Positions 14,095-27,378 of a stretch of 64,000 nt of DNA are shown piece by piece (the first letter of the stretch is position 1; each line of letters starts with the position of its first letter). This DNA comes from Schizochytrium sp. TIO01 (taxonomy: Eukaryota > Protista > Bigyra: Labyrinthulomycetes): NCBI GenBank assembly GCA_004764695.1, contig SMSO01000032.1, positions 1,426,001 through 1,490,000 on the forward strand, in the 5' to 3' direction. Below the pieces are notes generated by a model, which ran no database searches, had not been told where the DNA came from, and saw only the letters and a list, made by a program, of their open reading frames with translations. The position numbers and the translations under genes are program-made.

Positions 14095-14323
14095 GGTTAT
14101 CGTAGCCGCTGACTGAGCTAGAATTGAGCAGCTTTAGCACTCTCGCCATGATACAGCTTCACAGGTTTTTAGTAAAAGCTATCGTATAATGCTTCCGCAC
14201 GCTCCGCAATGGCCCGCTCTGATGTTTTCACTACTCAGCTTGTATTATAACAGCGGCTTTGGTTCCTGAATAAAAGTTTTGCACGTATTACGTAAACGCC
14301 TCGAGACAGAAGGATTTAAGACA

Positions 14324-14354
<31 letters not shown>

Positions 14355-16440
14355 GTCATCGATTCCTTTTCTTTTGCTTGCCACTCTACTCGTCCCTCCT
14401 CCTTTCCTTTCCTTTCCTTTTCATTCCACAATTACCCTCTGACGTCTCACTGGCAGACTCTAGCGTCGTGGCGCAAGAGTTCCAAGGAGCCCCACTTCGC
14501 ACGGTCGCGCCCGGGGCAAGGCTTGGTAGGAGGGGGTTACATTGCGTGTTTGGAGCCTCAAGAACTTGAGATGCTTTCATGAATCAGCCCATTCTTCGAA
14601 AAAGAGAAGAAAGAAAGTAAGAAAGAAAGAAAGAATCCCCAGGATCTGAAAGAAGACGATTGATTGACAGTCAGACTGGGACTCGAACAGAGCTCGAAGG
14701 GTCGCAATGATGGATCCAAAGCGACCATGGCCGGCCGTGATACGGGTTCTTCGATGCCCTGTGCCCATCAGCGCCTCACCATATCTTGCGTCCGCGTGCA
14801 GCCATTTGTTTATTCCGTGGCTAGTCAGATACAGTGGCCAGAATAAAACAGTTGAAGTGAAGATATTCACCCATTCATTCATTCATTCATTCATTCATTC
14901 ATGGAGGATTGAATAGTTGCATTGAAAATGTTCGAATTGTTGAATTGAACATAATCATTCATTCATTCATTCATTCATTGAGGATTGAACAGTTGGATTG
15001 AATTGAAGATATTCGTTCATTTATTGCTAAAGCCGCGAGAACGCTGCTCAGAAAGAGAGGAAGTTCAACTCGAAGATCCTCTCCACGTACGCGAAGTCTG
15101 CGCATCGTCATCGCCGCAGGACTGTGGACCGAGGCCTTGCCCCTCCCAATGAAGGCGGCGGCGGCTTCTCGAGGAAGGAGAGAGCGCTTATGCAGAGCGC
15201 CGCAGCAGCGTCTTCTTCGTTCTTCGAAAGTCTCTGCGGCGGCAAGATTGCGTATTTTCAGTCCTACGCGCAGAGAGAGAGAGACAGAATGAGAGAGGAG
15301 GATCAGATCTCCAGGCCACTAGCCGCGAGTTAGCTGGCACTAGCAGCGGTCTTACTGCGCAACGCTTTTTCTCGTCGACGTGGTTCCCTGCGCCGTCACG
15401 AATGAATGAATGAATGAATGAATGAATATGAATGAATGAATGAATGAATGAACTCTTTTTGAAAGTGAGTGAAAGGACCTTTGCGATCGAAACGGAGTTC
15501 TTCGACGAATCGAGCGAAATCCGAAACAGGCTGCACTTATTAACCTGCTTGTTACTAGTATACAGTGTTCCTGTTGATTCTTTCTTCGATTGAAAGATCA
15601 ATCAACTCGATAGTTTTTATATCATATTTTAATTTTCAAAATATATATATATACTGAAAAGGACATAAAGAAAAACAGCAAATTATTTTCTCTCTGCTAG
15701 GATGGATTTCTTTCTTTCTTTTTTCTTTCTATTTCTTTTTCTTTTTCTTTTAAACATGTTTTTCATTTTATAAATGATTTTTTCAATTAACACAACATAA
15801 ACTCAGACATCCAGATCCGCAGCTCCTGATACCCTCGGATTCAAGAGAGAGGCAGCGCCCACTCTGAGCGATTGGTGCGCCCAAGGTTGCGGGATATTCT
15901 TTGAAATGAGGGCATCTCTCGCGTCGTAGAGCCTTCGATTGAGGCAGAGACGCCAGCGCCGTCGAGCTCTGCGATGCCTCAGAGATCTAAACCTCTCAGC
16001 AGGAACTGAGAGAGAGAGAGAGATTCTCCCTCTGACTCTTTCTTTCTTTCTTTTTTTCTTTTTTTCTTTCTTCCGTCCATCTCTGTACCCAGTTCCTCCA
16101 CAGTTCTAGGATATCATGAACCTTTGGGCATGTTATAATCTAGAGCATGCTAGGCAGTAAGTAGTAGATGCTATAGCTAGCCAGGCACCACACAAGTCAG
16201 CAAAACGATCATTCTGAGTGCGCTCGCTCGCAGAAAAGAGCACGAAATCTTGAGGATACCACGGGGAAGGAACGGGTGTTCGCATTGAGGCTCGACACGG
16301 CAGAGCCTTGCTGCAATTATTGCGGTCGTCTGCGAGGGAGGCCTCGAAGTCTCGCGGACCCTTCCGTTCTAAACCATGGATGTCTCATTGTCCCAGGCCA
16401 CCATAGTCTCTCTCTCTCAACTCGTCTCAGCGATACCTCG

Positions 16441-16472
16441 TTATAGTTAGTTAGTTAGTTAGTTGGTTAGTT

Positions 16473-16505
<33 letters not shown>

Positions 16506-16583
16506 TTAGTTGGTTAGTTAGTTGGTTAGTTAGTTGTTAGTTAGTTAGTTTTAGTTAGTAAGTTTGTCAGCGAATTAGTTAGT
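16441..16583. repeat. Degenerate (TTAG)n microsatellite with TTGG variants
   Basis: ttagttagttagttggttag pattern. Confidence 0.9.
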
Positions 16584-16589
16584 GAATCT

Positions 16590-18165
16590 ATTAAAGCTCA
16601 ACCTTCCTTCAACCTGGTTCTGCTCGTTCGCACCACAATTGCGGACCTTGCCTTTGCCGATGATACAAACCAAGCGCTATTATCTGAGTTGTGCAGAAAC
16701 GTGCCTTGGTTCTCGCTTTCAAACTCAGGCACTCATAATAGCTGAGTATCTCGTTCACCAATATCTCGTGAATCGCCTTCAATTTCTCCTACGCAAGGCA
16801 TGATCGCTGCTATGTTTAGCAATACTGCTGCGTTTATTAAGACAATCCTGGGTGCAAGTGTATTTTTAATAGGGTGCAAGTCTCCTTCTAAATCGCCATC
16901 GTGCTCTACTAAGGTTCTTGAACGGTACATTTTGCTGCATCGAAAAGCTGTCGATCGCAGTGAAATCCGTGCTGTCATGAGCGTCCCGTGGCAAATCTGT
17001 CTGAATGTGAAAGCAGATTAAAGGAGTGATCCACTATGCGAATAAACTAAAACCCGAAAAGGTTTTTGAGCTTGATCATCCACCGTGAAGGTAATGGCAT
17101 AATCAATGAGGTTGTGATTACGTCTTGTGTCAGTGTTTATGTATATCTAGTATAGCGGCTAAATTCCATCAATCATGTCGTTGGGACTAAGTGATAGAGG
17201 TATAGTTTGGATGTGGTTTGCCCGTAGCCCCTATTGTAGCTTTGGCAGTTTTATTATTGGGGTTTTTACGCAGAATATCATTGTAAGTTCAATATTGCAC
17301 AACAGCTTACAACAGAAGTTAAGCATCGTTCCACCCTATGACATGGGGAACATAGTATTCATGACGATCATATACAAATGTGGATGGCTGCCTGATCCAG
17401 ACAAAAACCCTGTGAAGTACTCTTTGTTGTAATTTATGCCCGTACATCGAGTCTTGGATCTTGGACTGAGGTATGACCAGGGTTTGAATCCTCAATGGCC
17501 GTAATCAAAACTATTTTCATAAACTGGACCTCCAGGTCTTCAAGTGCGTCCCTACAACCAATAAGACTTCCTAAGATAAAGGCAGACGTCCTATTGGGAC
17601 TACTCACGGTATGTGCACGATCATAGTTAGCTTCACTCGCCTCGATGTAACTCGTCATACGTGTGATAATCAGCTCTGTCACACTACTTGTGTTCGATTC
17701 GCTAAATGACGCACCGCGCTGGATCTCTTGATCTGATGTCAAAATTATACCCAACGAGCTCCTCAATGCCTTTATCGAGGTTTCTTTGGGCTGCCCCAAG
17801 TATGCATTCAAAGATTCCACAGATTCGCTTTGCTAGACTACGAGGGGATGCACTTGCAGCCCAGGCAATGATTTCTGCGCTTCTCTAATGACTTAAATCG
17901 ATTCTTATTCGTGTTGTGTCGAAAGCCTTCAGATTTATAGCACTCTCTACAAAGTCCAATTCTGCCTTGGCATTAGCAATGTTATGTGTGGCGACGTATT
18001 GGAGACAAGTGTCTCAAATGCCAGTTCTCTCTTTATATCAGTATATGGTCTACGAGACGCCCTCGACATCGCAATCAGGGTCGTCCAGGGTCCAAACAAG
18101 GAGTGTTCTTGGCGGAGAATAAGGTATGTAGGTGTGCAGGTTCGAATGGGCCAAGTCAGCGCCTA
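16590..18165 (-). pseudogene. Possible decayed coding sequence of unknown family
   Basis: Microsatellite-free 1.6-kb island. Minus-strand frames read protein-like between scattered stops (e.g. YVATHNIANAKAELDFVESAINLKAFDTTRIRIDLSH*RSAEIIAWAASASPRSLAKRICGIFECILGAAQRNLDKGIEELVGYNFDI). No motif recognised. Confidence 0.25.
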
Positions 18166-19077
18166 AAACAAAAACTCCAATTCTAAAATCACTACACTCG
18201 CTGATTCCTTGCCTCAAATGAACGATCGATTCTGCCCGCTTCGTCTTTTGTGGGTAACGGTGCCTCCTACCTTTTCTCTAACTAGGTCCTACTGCGCTGC
18301 AAGCTATCGCATTATATTGGCATGCGCTAGTTTGTTTGAGTAGGTAAGATAGTAAGTAAGTAAGTAAATAAGTAAGTAAAATAGTAAGAGAGAAGGCAGT
18401 CTGTGTTTCGTGGTGCACGTGCCGCCGTCCTCTCCTCCTGACGGTTTGCTCGCAAGAACAGCAGCGAAAGCTTCGAGCGAGAGACTGAGGCGAGGAAAAT
18501 TCGCCGAAAGACCAAGGCTGCGAGCGAGGAAGGAAGGCCTCCAGCAGTGCCATTCGCTTTCTCAAAAGGTATCTATCTATCTGCCCTCGTTCACATCAGT
18601 CGATGCAATGCACCCGGGAGATAGAAAAAGATCCTGGGCACTAAATCTTATTCTGATGCGAAATCCTTTATTAGGTGTGTAGTCCTTTTCTATTTTCTAC
18701 TTCTTTTGAAAAGACCTTTTCTGGTCGAAAAGGCATTTGGTTCTCGAGTTCATCCTTCATTTCTATTTTTATTTTATTGTTTATTTTATTTTTTTAAAAT
18801 CTATAATCACAATCACATAATTTTAAAATTAAAAAACAATTTTAAAAAAAGACAAAAAAAAAACTTGGAAAAGAATTTCCTACTTCTCCCTATTTTCGTA
18901 AACTTCACTAAAAGAGCTTTTCTTTCTTTCTTTCTTTCTTTCTTTCTCCTCTCAGGCTTTTCTTTCTACCTTGAATGCCGCGTACTGGCTATTAAACAAT
19001 ACTAGTATGAAACATCAGGCTCTTCCTTCATTCCGTATAGCAAAACAGAGGACTGCTGAAATCTCGACCTGTGTCGT

Positions 19078-19146
19078 CTCAGTCTCTGTTCATTTCTCGT
19101 CTCAGCTCAGTCTCAGTCTCAGTCTCAGTCAGACTCAGACTCAGAC
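19078..19146. repeat. (CTCAGT/CTCAGA)n hexamer repeat
   Basis: ctcagtctcagtctcagtcagactcagactcaga. Confidence 0.8.
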
Positions 19147-19290
19147 AGAGAATGAATGGCGCATTTTCTAGCGCCAAACGAGGAAAGAAACTAAATAAAG
19201 CGCCCAATCGACGATGCGAAGATCCCGCAGCAATAATGAATAAAAGAATGAAAGAATGAATGATGGCTCCGATACGACAGCGTATGTTGC

Positions 19291-19321
<31 letters not shown>

Positions 19322-21320
19322 GCAAGTCAGCAGTGCGTGCGTGAACCTTCGGGCCGATGAGTGAGCGGGCGCGGAGAAGGCCGCTTCGGCGGCACTCGGC
19401 TCGTTTGCAAAGGCGCGAGAGCCCGCCTGTCTCAGTTACCTCAGCTCTGCAGGGCTGATTCGTATGAGTGAGCAGAGGCTCGAAGTCAAACCTGCGACCT
19501 CCTTGTTGACCCTTGATTCCTTTTGTTCCTTTCTCTCACTTTGGTACTAGGGTAGCGCCTAATTGAAGGCTACTGAGAGCTCAAGCCACCAGTTGCTTTA
19601 CTATGAAAAAGAAGAACAGAACCACCCACTGCTAGGCAGATGCATAGGTGGGGAGGTAGGAAGCTAGCAATTTGAAACTGTGAACGGAATTTGTGTGCGA
19701 GAACCACAACAGCTATTACTAACTTTGTAAGATGTGAAAGTCTAGTGGGATTATTAGCATTGATAGAGACTGAACCAGCATAGACGATTGTAATACTTGT
19801 ATTATAATGTAAAGAGTAGCTTGGCAACGCGCGGACAACGTTCTGTGGTGAACTCAAGATCGCTAGCATCTCAAATATGATTTCATGCTGTCTTCCTTCT
19901 TATGCACAAGACCGAAGTGATGCAAATTATGCTGGGGCGAGCTTCTGCACTCGCTCACACATACCTTTGTCAATTCGTCAATTCATGAGTCTAATCCACG
20001 GCAATTCACCTTTCCTCGTTACCTAATCATATTGTTTTTTTGTTGCTTTTAATCGAGTTGGTTTGCGACATCCCACTGGTACTCTAGAGGTTAGTGTAAG
20101 AACAAGAGGTAGGTAGTAGGTAGCTAGGTAGGTACCTAGTGGACTCGAAGGCCTTAGTCATCATTTACTGCCATAGTTCAATCCACCAATTTGGAGCAGT
20201 GACGCGAGAGTCCTGCTTCAAGTTGAGCTCTTATTCAACTTACGAATTAACAACGATGAAGCCTCGCAGGACTGAGGTAATTTAAACATTGAAATGTTGA
20301 ACATATAATAACTGTTTGTCTATTCTTTCCTTTTCTTTTCTTATCTTTGACTAGGTGTGTAGGTTATGCTGTAATCCTTCAAGACAGAAAACTCACATCC
20401 TTGCATGAACAGAATGAAAATCATCGAATCGAATTTTTCTACTACTTCTGCACCTCATGAAATGTGAAAATAGAATCGGTGTTCATGGCATGATGTCCTA
20501 TTCGATGGAAACGTAAGAAAGGGACAACCTTTAGAACTAAAGATAAGATGCTGTGTAGATTAACTGTGACAAAGGACCAAGCAAGTGATACAATCTGCCA
20601 GGTTTTACTGTGTAAGTGCCTCTAGGTAGGAGGGAATGTGTTTGGCAAACTAATCTTTCTGTTTAATGCATTGCCTGAAATGTCGCGGCGAACGGGAAGG
20701 GCGGAGGTCGAACAAATCCATTCTAGTGATGGGTTTCAGTTTACATTTGCGCACACCTTCCAGTCTAATTGGAGGTGTAGGTCTCGACTTTCAACATCAG
20801 TTCTTCTCTCTTCAAGCTACCTGCAAAGGAACTCTCGCAAAAGAACTTCGCGTTCGCTACTCAGAAGACTCGGGAGAGTCTTCCATTACATTCCGTTCAA
20901 GACTAGGGAAACAAACCAAAACTGCGAGTCTTTCAGGCTATGTAGTAACATGCAATAGCGATTCAGAGCGTGTGATTTAAGAAGCGCGCGAAAGCCGAAC
21001 TTTTGTGTAATTAACTTTTACATACCCATAGGAAAGATACAATTTTGAGGAACCAAAAAAGATCGAAATGTGTGGTAAATGGCAGCCTGTCTACCACAGT
21101 GTCATATCAGGATGAGACTGTCACAGTTGTTAGACTCAGGCGGTTATAAAGGAAAATATTTACAAATACGGATTAGTGAAAATTTAAATTTTTAGTCCTG
21201 GACAAGGATATTTTACGTAGAAATTTCAAAGCGCTCCAGCATATCTGTATGACTGCAATTCAGATAAGCTGACTAATAGACAGCACACTGCACTACATAC
21301 ACCACCTACACATTTGAAAG

Positions 21321-21432
21321 CTGCATCCTGAAGCGTGCATTAGATTACTGGAATGTGATCCTCTACCATGGGTTTCTGCATCCTGAAGCGTGCATTAGAT
21401 TACTGGAATGTGATCCTCTACCATGGGTTTCT
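21321..21432. repeat. Perfect 55-bp tandem duplication
   Basis: ctgcatcctgaagcgtgcattagattactggaatgtgatcctctaccatgggttt at 21321 and 21376, followed by a 2-nt ct microhomology. Confidence 0.95.
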
Positions 21433-24400
21433 CTTGTCTTCTTCTCCACATCTTTCCAAGGTAGCATAACTTTTTCTGGAAGTTTGGTTATATCCACGAG
21501 CGACCTTACACTACACTAGATTTTTTAAAGTACACCGCACAAACTCATCCACTTGGGAAAGACGTTGTGTCCTGACTATACTCTATATTCGATCTCATTT
21601 CTGCATGTTATAAATTCTATCTATGGCAGCCTACGAAGAAATTCCTAACTCCCATCACTCGCAACGTTGTTAAGCACTCAGCGTTGCTATAAACGATGAT
21701 ATTTCTATAGTAAATGTCGATATGCAGAGAACGAACCTATAATTTTACTTTCACGAACTCTTCTATATAATTTATATCTTACCTTTGAGAATCTTTCTAT
21801 GTTTCAGGTGAACAGCGCTGGAGCGCGTTATTTGAGAACAAGAAATCATAAGGTTTATGCAAAGAACGGATCATGTAGGATTTTCAGGCTTACGAGGTAG
21901 ACCTCTATCTAGTAGAGAGCTGTATTCCTCACCGTCATAATGAATAAATAACATACGAAGGTTTTAACATTACAAGGTTTTTATTATTAGAACAGCAGAC
22001 ATTATCGTTCACGATAAAGTTCATCACGCTATACACTATATATAACAGAAAGCACCTGGCCCTATACACAAACAAAACTGTCACGAGGATCGAGTGCCAT
22101 CGAGAGATAAAGTTGGCACAATCTGCTTGGCCAGAATGATATGGCCTGAAGAAGACACTAGCCGAGTATAACTTAGTTCTTAGCTAAGTAATTTCTGCAA
22201 TCAAAGTACCAAGACTAGCGGACTAATCATCACGAAATTATGTTTTTACTTCACATCTTTCCCTTTAATCTTTTTGAAATATCTTTATGTTTTTGTAGAC
22301 TCTTTTCATTTCTTTTCTAGCTGCAGCAACCAAGAGAACGTATCAAATCTATTACTTTTAAGTGCACAATCAAAGTCATATTTAGCCTTTCATTAGTGTA
22401 CATAAATGAACTACCATTCGTATTGTATTTATATTTCCACATTACCTCTAAGTAATCATAACCACGTCTCACTAACCGGCAAGAATAATTCAACTTGCTT
22501 GGGAGATTTGAAGAATACTTTACGAGAATTTATGAGATTAATCTTTTAGAGTTAGTCATTTTTTGAACTAGAGAATTAATCGCAACGAATAGTGATTCAT
22601 AATGAACCTACAAGAACAAGAAAACGTATCCGCCTTATTGCGCAGAACTCAAGGGGATTGAAGGTTCTGTCTCCTCGAATGTCAGTTTAGCATTCTCCTT
22701 CTTTTTTTTCTTTTTTCTTTTTCTAGTAGACGTTGTCGAACCTAGAAGAATATGGCATTCTTAACTTCTCCATCACGTATCCAATTGTTTTACTTCTAAT
22801 CGTCTATTACTTCCTCAGGGCATACAGCGACAGGTGTTTGTTTACACCAAGCAATCTAGCATGTATTGTCAACACAATCCTTCAAATAGACTAAAGATCT
22901 TACTTGTGATTCTTAAGTTTTTCTTAACGATTTTAATTGAAGTGTGGAATATCATCCCACAACACTATCTAAGCATCGCTATCATTAATCTTGTGTGGGC
23001 AACACTAGCCAGAAGTTTTGGGCAGGCCTACGTCAAATCAACTCAAGCACTATCAAACCCGCATTTCTCATCAGACAATAGCTAAGAAACCCAGACAAAC
23101 GCCCAACCTCACTTCGAGTTGACAGACATGACACAGGCAGCAATATCCGAAATTGCACTGTATTCTTGAAATATTTATCTGTGGTATGGTAGATCAAACC
23201 TTATTATAGGTTAAACATACAACTGTGCTAGGATCAGACATACACATAAACCTGCAATAGTAAGATCGGAGATCGTAAACATGTATTTCAGTATTTTGTT
23301 TTGAAACTCTGAGCCTCCGCCCGATGCAAAGTAAAATCAAACAAGACATAGAATAATATGGTTTCCAACATTGAGCTTCTTTGATAGATATAGAAATCTC
23401 AGCTGGACCTAATACAAACTTACACCCTGCACTATAGACTCTGAGAAACAAAAGATAATATGCGCAGGTGGAAGGGTTTCAGAAATGTTCGTTTTGTCCT
23501 TGATTTAAGTGCTACAGATGCTCGTATTCCCATGCACTAAGTTCAATTTAAACTGGAATTTTGTCTATGCCAAAGTTACCGCATAAACACTGTATCAAAA
23601 ATTGTGCATCAGTGTAAAATATACTATAGTGCAAAATAAATTGGGGCCTTTGTACTTATTTTTATAGAAAGGGAAACTATATATTCACTTGGTATCTTAA
23701 AATTTGCATTCAAGAATCAATACATACAATGGCTGGGAGATGCAAGATTAAACCGGACTACAACACTACTCAGAATGATGATTCCACTAGCTGCAAGCAA
23801 GGATTCGTATACTCATTACATTATAGCAATACAATAGAGTATTCTCATCCGTTTCACATCAAATTATATCAAATACTCAGAAATTTCCGTACTCGCGTCT
23901 CGAATACTATTTATGTCCTCAATCTGTAGGAAAATACGATTCCTCTGCCTTGTCTCCAACATGCTTTTCCTATTCATGAACATCCGACCGCATCAAGAAG
24001 TAGGCATACGGTAGTGCTATAATAGGAACAAGTAAGAATTCATTCCTATAACCCCTTACTGCGGTACCTAGACTTAATTCTGGGTTCTATGGTTTCGTAA
24101 CGTTTTCAACTCCCTCATTTTTTACCATATATTTTCCCCAACTTGGACCCAGCGGTTTCGCTCCCGGCATGGGTGGTGGCGGTCCTCCGACCCGTTTCTC
24201 TCGATTCCCCGTTGTCATTCTCTCGCACAGCCGGCTTTGTGGTCCTTCTGACGATACATTCTCGAGGCGAGCCATCTAACCGGCCAAGTTCTCCCCACCT
24301 CGTCCACCGAGCCATCGGCCTCGAGGCAGCAGCACGCTTTCCGCTGGCCATCATACGCAGGAACCAGCACAGCCAGCCATATTAACCATATTATCCCTTA

Positions 24401-24820
24401 TTTAAAGCTACACACAGAATATGCATAGTAAGTTCATGTTATACGTAGTTTTCATGATGAGAACGAAAGAGTGAATGAGTGAAGAGTCGATAAGTAGAGA
24501 ATAAGAGAGGACCAAGAAGAGAATAGTGAGTCAATGAGTGGAATATAGGAAAAACAAACAGAGCGAAGTCAAATACTATTGAGAATAAAAAAAAATTATT
24601 TATTATTATCATTATATTGTAGGCAGGCAGGGGAGAGCATTGGCGAGGAGGTGAGGACTCGAAGCACAGTCGGCAGAACCCTTCGGTCGCAGCCTCTTTT
24701 GGAGCCAGGCGCCCGTGGAGGTAGTGTAGATCGACGCTCTCGACTGAGGTGCGGCGGTTATTTGTCAAACTTGTTTCGGGCTTCTCGCGGACTCGTTGCT
24801 AATAACTCGGACTAGGCATC

Positions 24821-26368
24821 ATGGTGCGCAAGAAGCGTCAGTCGAAGCGTACGACCTTCAAGGACAAGTACAAGGCGCTCAAGAAGGTCACCGAGCACCA
24901 CAGAAAGCAGCGGCGTGAACAGCGCAAGGCGGTCCGTGAGGGCCGGGCACCCACGGCCAAGAAAGACCCCGGCCTGCCCAACCTTATGCCCTACAAGGAG
25001 CAGTTCTTACGCAAGGCTATGGAGGACAAGGAGCGCGAACGCGAGCGCGAACGTCTTCGCCAGCGTCAGCTTTTTGAGAAGCGTACGCAGCGCGACACCG
25101 ATGCTATGCAGGACGAGTACGATGACGACGCCGCTATGAGCGAGGAGTCACCTGGCAAGAAGCGCAAGCGCAGCGGACCCTCTGCAGAGGACCTCGCGAA
25201 CGCAAGCGAGAGGAGCGCCGCCTTTGAGGAGAAGGCCGAGATGGACGAAGACGACTCGGATGATGATGGCATCAAGGGCAACTCCAGTAACAAGGGCAAG
25301 AAGCGCGCCTACATGAAGGAGCTCCGCAATGTTGTGGACTCTGCGGACGTGATCCTGCTCGTGGTGGACGCCAGAGACCCGATGGGTTGCAGAGCTCCCC
25401 AGGCCGAGCAAATGGTCCTCGAAAACGCCCGCAACAAGCGCCTTGTAGTGGTCATGAACAAGATTGACTTGGTGCCGAAACAGGTCGCTGAGAGATGGTT
25501 GACTGAACTGCGCAAGGAGTACCCCACTGTGGCGTTCAGGGCCTCAACTCAGGAGCAGAAGGCCAACCTTGGAAGGGCCAACAAAGACTCTATTGCTCTT
25601 GGAGCCGCGTCGACCGGAGACGAAGGAACATATGGATCTGTGGGAGATGGCGTTTGTGTGGGAGCTGATACACTTCTCCAGCTTCTCAAGAACTACTCGC
25701 GCAACCACAACATCAAGACTTCGATCACTGTCGGCGTCGTGGGCTACCCGAATGTCGGTAAGAGCTCGGTGATCAACTCTCTGAAACGGTGCCGCGCCGT
25801 CGGAGTCTCGCCGACACCCGGATTCACAAAGACGCTGCAGATTGTGCAGCTTGACAAGAAGGTCAAGCTTATTGACTCTCCCGGAGTGCTGTTCCAAGAC
25901 AGCACCCAGACCAAGGACTCGGCTCGTCTCATCCTCCGCAACTGCCTCAACCCTGCTGATATTGACGATGTTGTTGAGCCTATCTCTAAACTTGTGGAGC
26001 GCTGCAACAAGGAAACCCTCATGATTCTTTACCGTGTGCCACGCTTCGCCACTCCCACTGAGTTCATCGTTGCCGTCGCCAAGAAGCGCGGTAAGCTCTC
26101 CAAGGGCGGTGTCCCCGACCAGAAGGCCGCGGCCCGCCTTATTCTCCAGGACCTCAACGCCGGCAAGATCCCGTTTTACGTGGTCCCGCCCAAACAAGGT
26201 CGCTCTCTCGAAGACAAGATCCTCTCCCGCGAAAACACAAAGGTCACCTCCGAGTGGGCCAAGGAATTCGACATCGAAGCCCTCTTGGCCAAGGAGCAGT
26301 CCGAACTCGTCGAACGTCTCCCTGGTGCAGACCCCAACGCTCTCTCCTTCTCAGCGATGTCATTCTAA
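24821..26368 (+). CDS. GNL3: GNL3/nucleostemin/Nug1/Grn1-family circularly permuted nucleolar GTPase (515 aa)
   Basis: Grn1-type basic N-terminus (SKRTTFKDKYKALKKVTEHHRK...KKDPGLPNLMPYKEQFL), DARDP motif, and permuted order G4 NKID, G1 GYPNVGKSS, G3 DSPG. C-terminal KGGVPD...GKIPFY. Confidence 0.93.
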   Translation: MVRKKRQSKRTTFKDKYKALKKVTEHHRKQRREQRKAVREGRAPTAKKDPGLPNLMPYKEQFLRKAMEDKERERERERLRQRQLFEKRTQRDTDAMQDEYDDDAAMSEESPGKKRKRSGPSAEDLANASERSAAFEEKAEMDEDDSDDDGIKGNSSNKGKKRAYMKELRNVVDSADVILLVVDARDPMGCRAPQAEQMVLENARNKRLVVVMNKIDLVPKQVAERWLTELRKEYPTVAFRASTQEQKANLGRANKDSIALGAASTGDEGTYGSVGDGVCVGADTLLQLLKNYSRNHNIKTSITVGVVGYPNVGKSSVINSLKRCRAVGVSPTPGFTKTLQIVQLDKKVKLIDSPGVLFQDSTQTKDSARLILRNCLNPADIDDVVEPISKLVERCNKETLMILYRVPRFATPTEFIVAVAKKRGKLSKGGVPDQKAAARLILQDLNAGKIPFYVVPPKQGRSLEDKILSRENTKVTSEWAKEFDIEALLAKEQSELVERLPGADPNALSFSAMSF

Positions 26369-27378
26369 AAATAGTAAAAAGCAAGTATCGTTTGTTCACC
26401 TGTTTCACCTCTGTTTATTGTTGTCTCTGACTCTTCTTGCTTAAGTATCCCTTTCAGTTATCCAGCCCATTCATTACCCCTACGAGACCCTGAGATGCGG
26501 ACAGAATGCGCTTCAATTCTTTGTGGCAATCCTCAAAGAAATAGCAGAAGGTTGGGTGGTACTTTTTCTTTTGTTTGGGGTGCTGTTCATGCCCTTTGTG
26601 CACCTCTGCTCTCAGTATCTGATATTTCTTTCGGGCAGCAGAGGAAGCTAGAATAATTCCTGGTATCCGGGGGCTCGGTTTGCATTGATAAGACAGGATA
26701 TATAATATGAAGTAAATAATTGCATTATGTTTATTGAAATTTGCATAAATGGACAACCAGTACAGAAAAATAAGCAAACTAACAGAGATCTAAAATCAAT
26801 ACTAGCGGCCTTTGTCTATAGAAAAGCTACCCCCAGATATCCTTACACATATTTTCATACCATACTAAGCCACAACAAAACGAACAGTATACTTATCGTA
26901 AAAGAAAGTGAGTGAACATGTCTAGCAGAGGTCATATCGACAATTAAGACTACAATCAAATTGCTTTCTGATGGTATGTAGAAACTAAAAGATAGGTAAG
27001 CAATAATATTCTCACAATAAGATTCAGAGTCAATTCAACATAGACTATGCAATTTGGCAAGAGAATATGTACTAAAACCAAAACTTGGAAAACAGATGGA
27101 CAAAAGCAAAAAGATCACACTATCTAGTTAGGATCAGTCAAATTACAAAGACAGCTTGTGCCACTAAATGAAGGGGGGCCACGCTCACCTACTATAGAGA
27201 CGGATTGTGAGGATCGCTGGAGGCCATAACCAGAATAATGGGTATATGTTAGAGAACAAAAGTATGGAACTTGTGGAGAATGAGGGTGAGAAAGTAAAAT
27301 TGAAGAAATGGAAACGAAGGAGCGCAGTGACTGTTGTTACTCCCAATTGATGCATGTCTTTGCATTGTAAAAACAAAA

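Noticed and set aside
16441-16583. Interstitial telomere
   Set aside because: The unit is TTAG/TTGG without a consistent GG or GGG telomeric unit, and it fits the genome's general tetranucleotide repeats.
24040-24400. RNase P/MRP RNA (minus-strand AACCCAGAATTAAGTCTA resembles CR-V)
   Set aside because: No matching CR-I / P4 partner strand was found.
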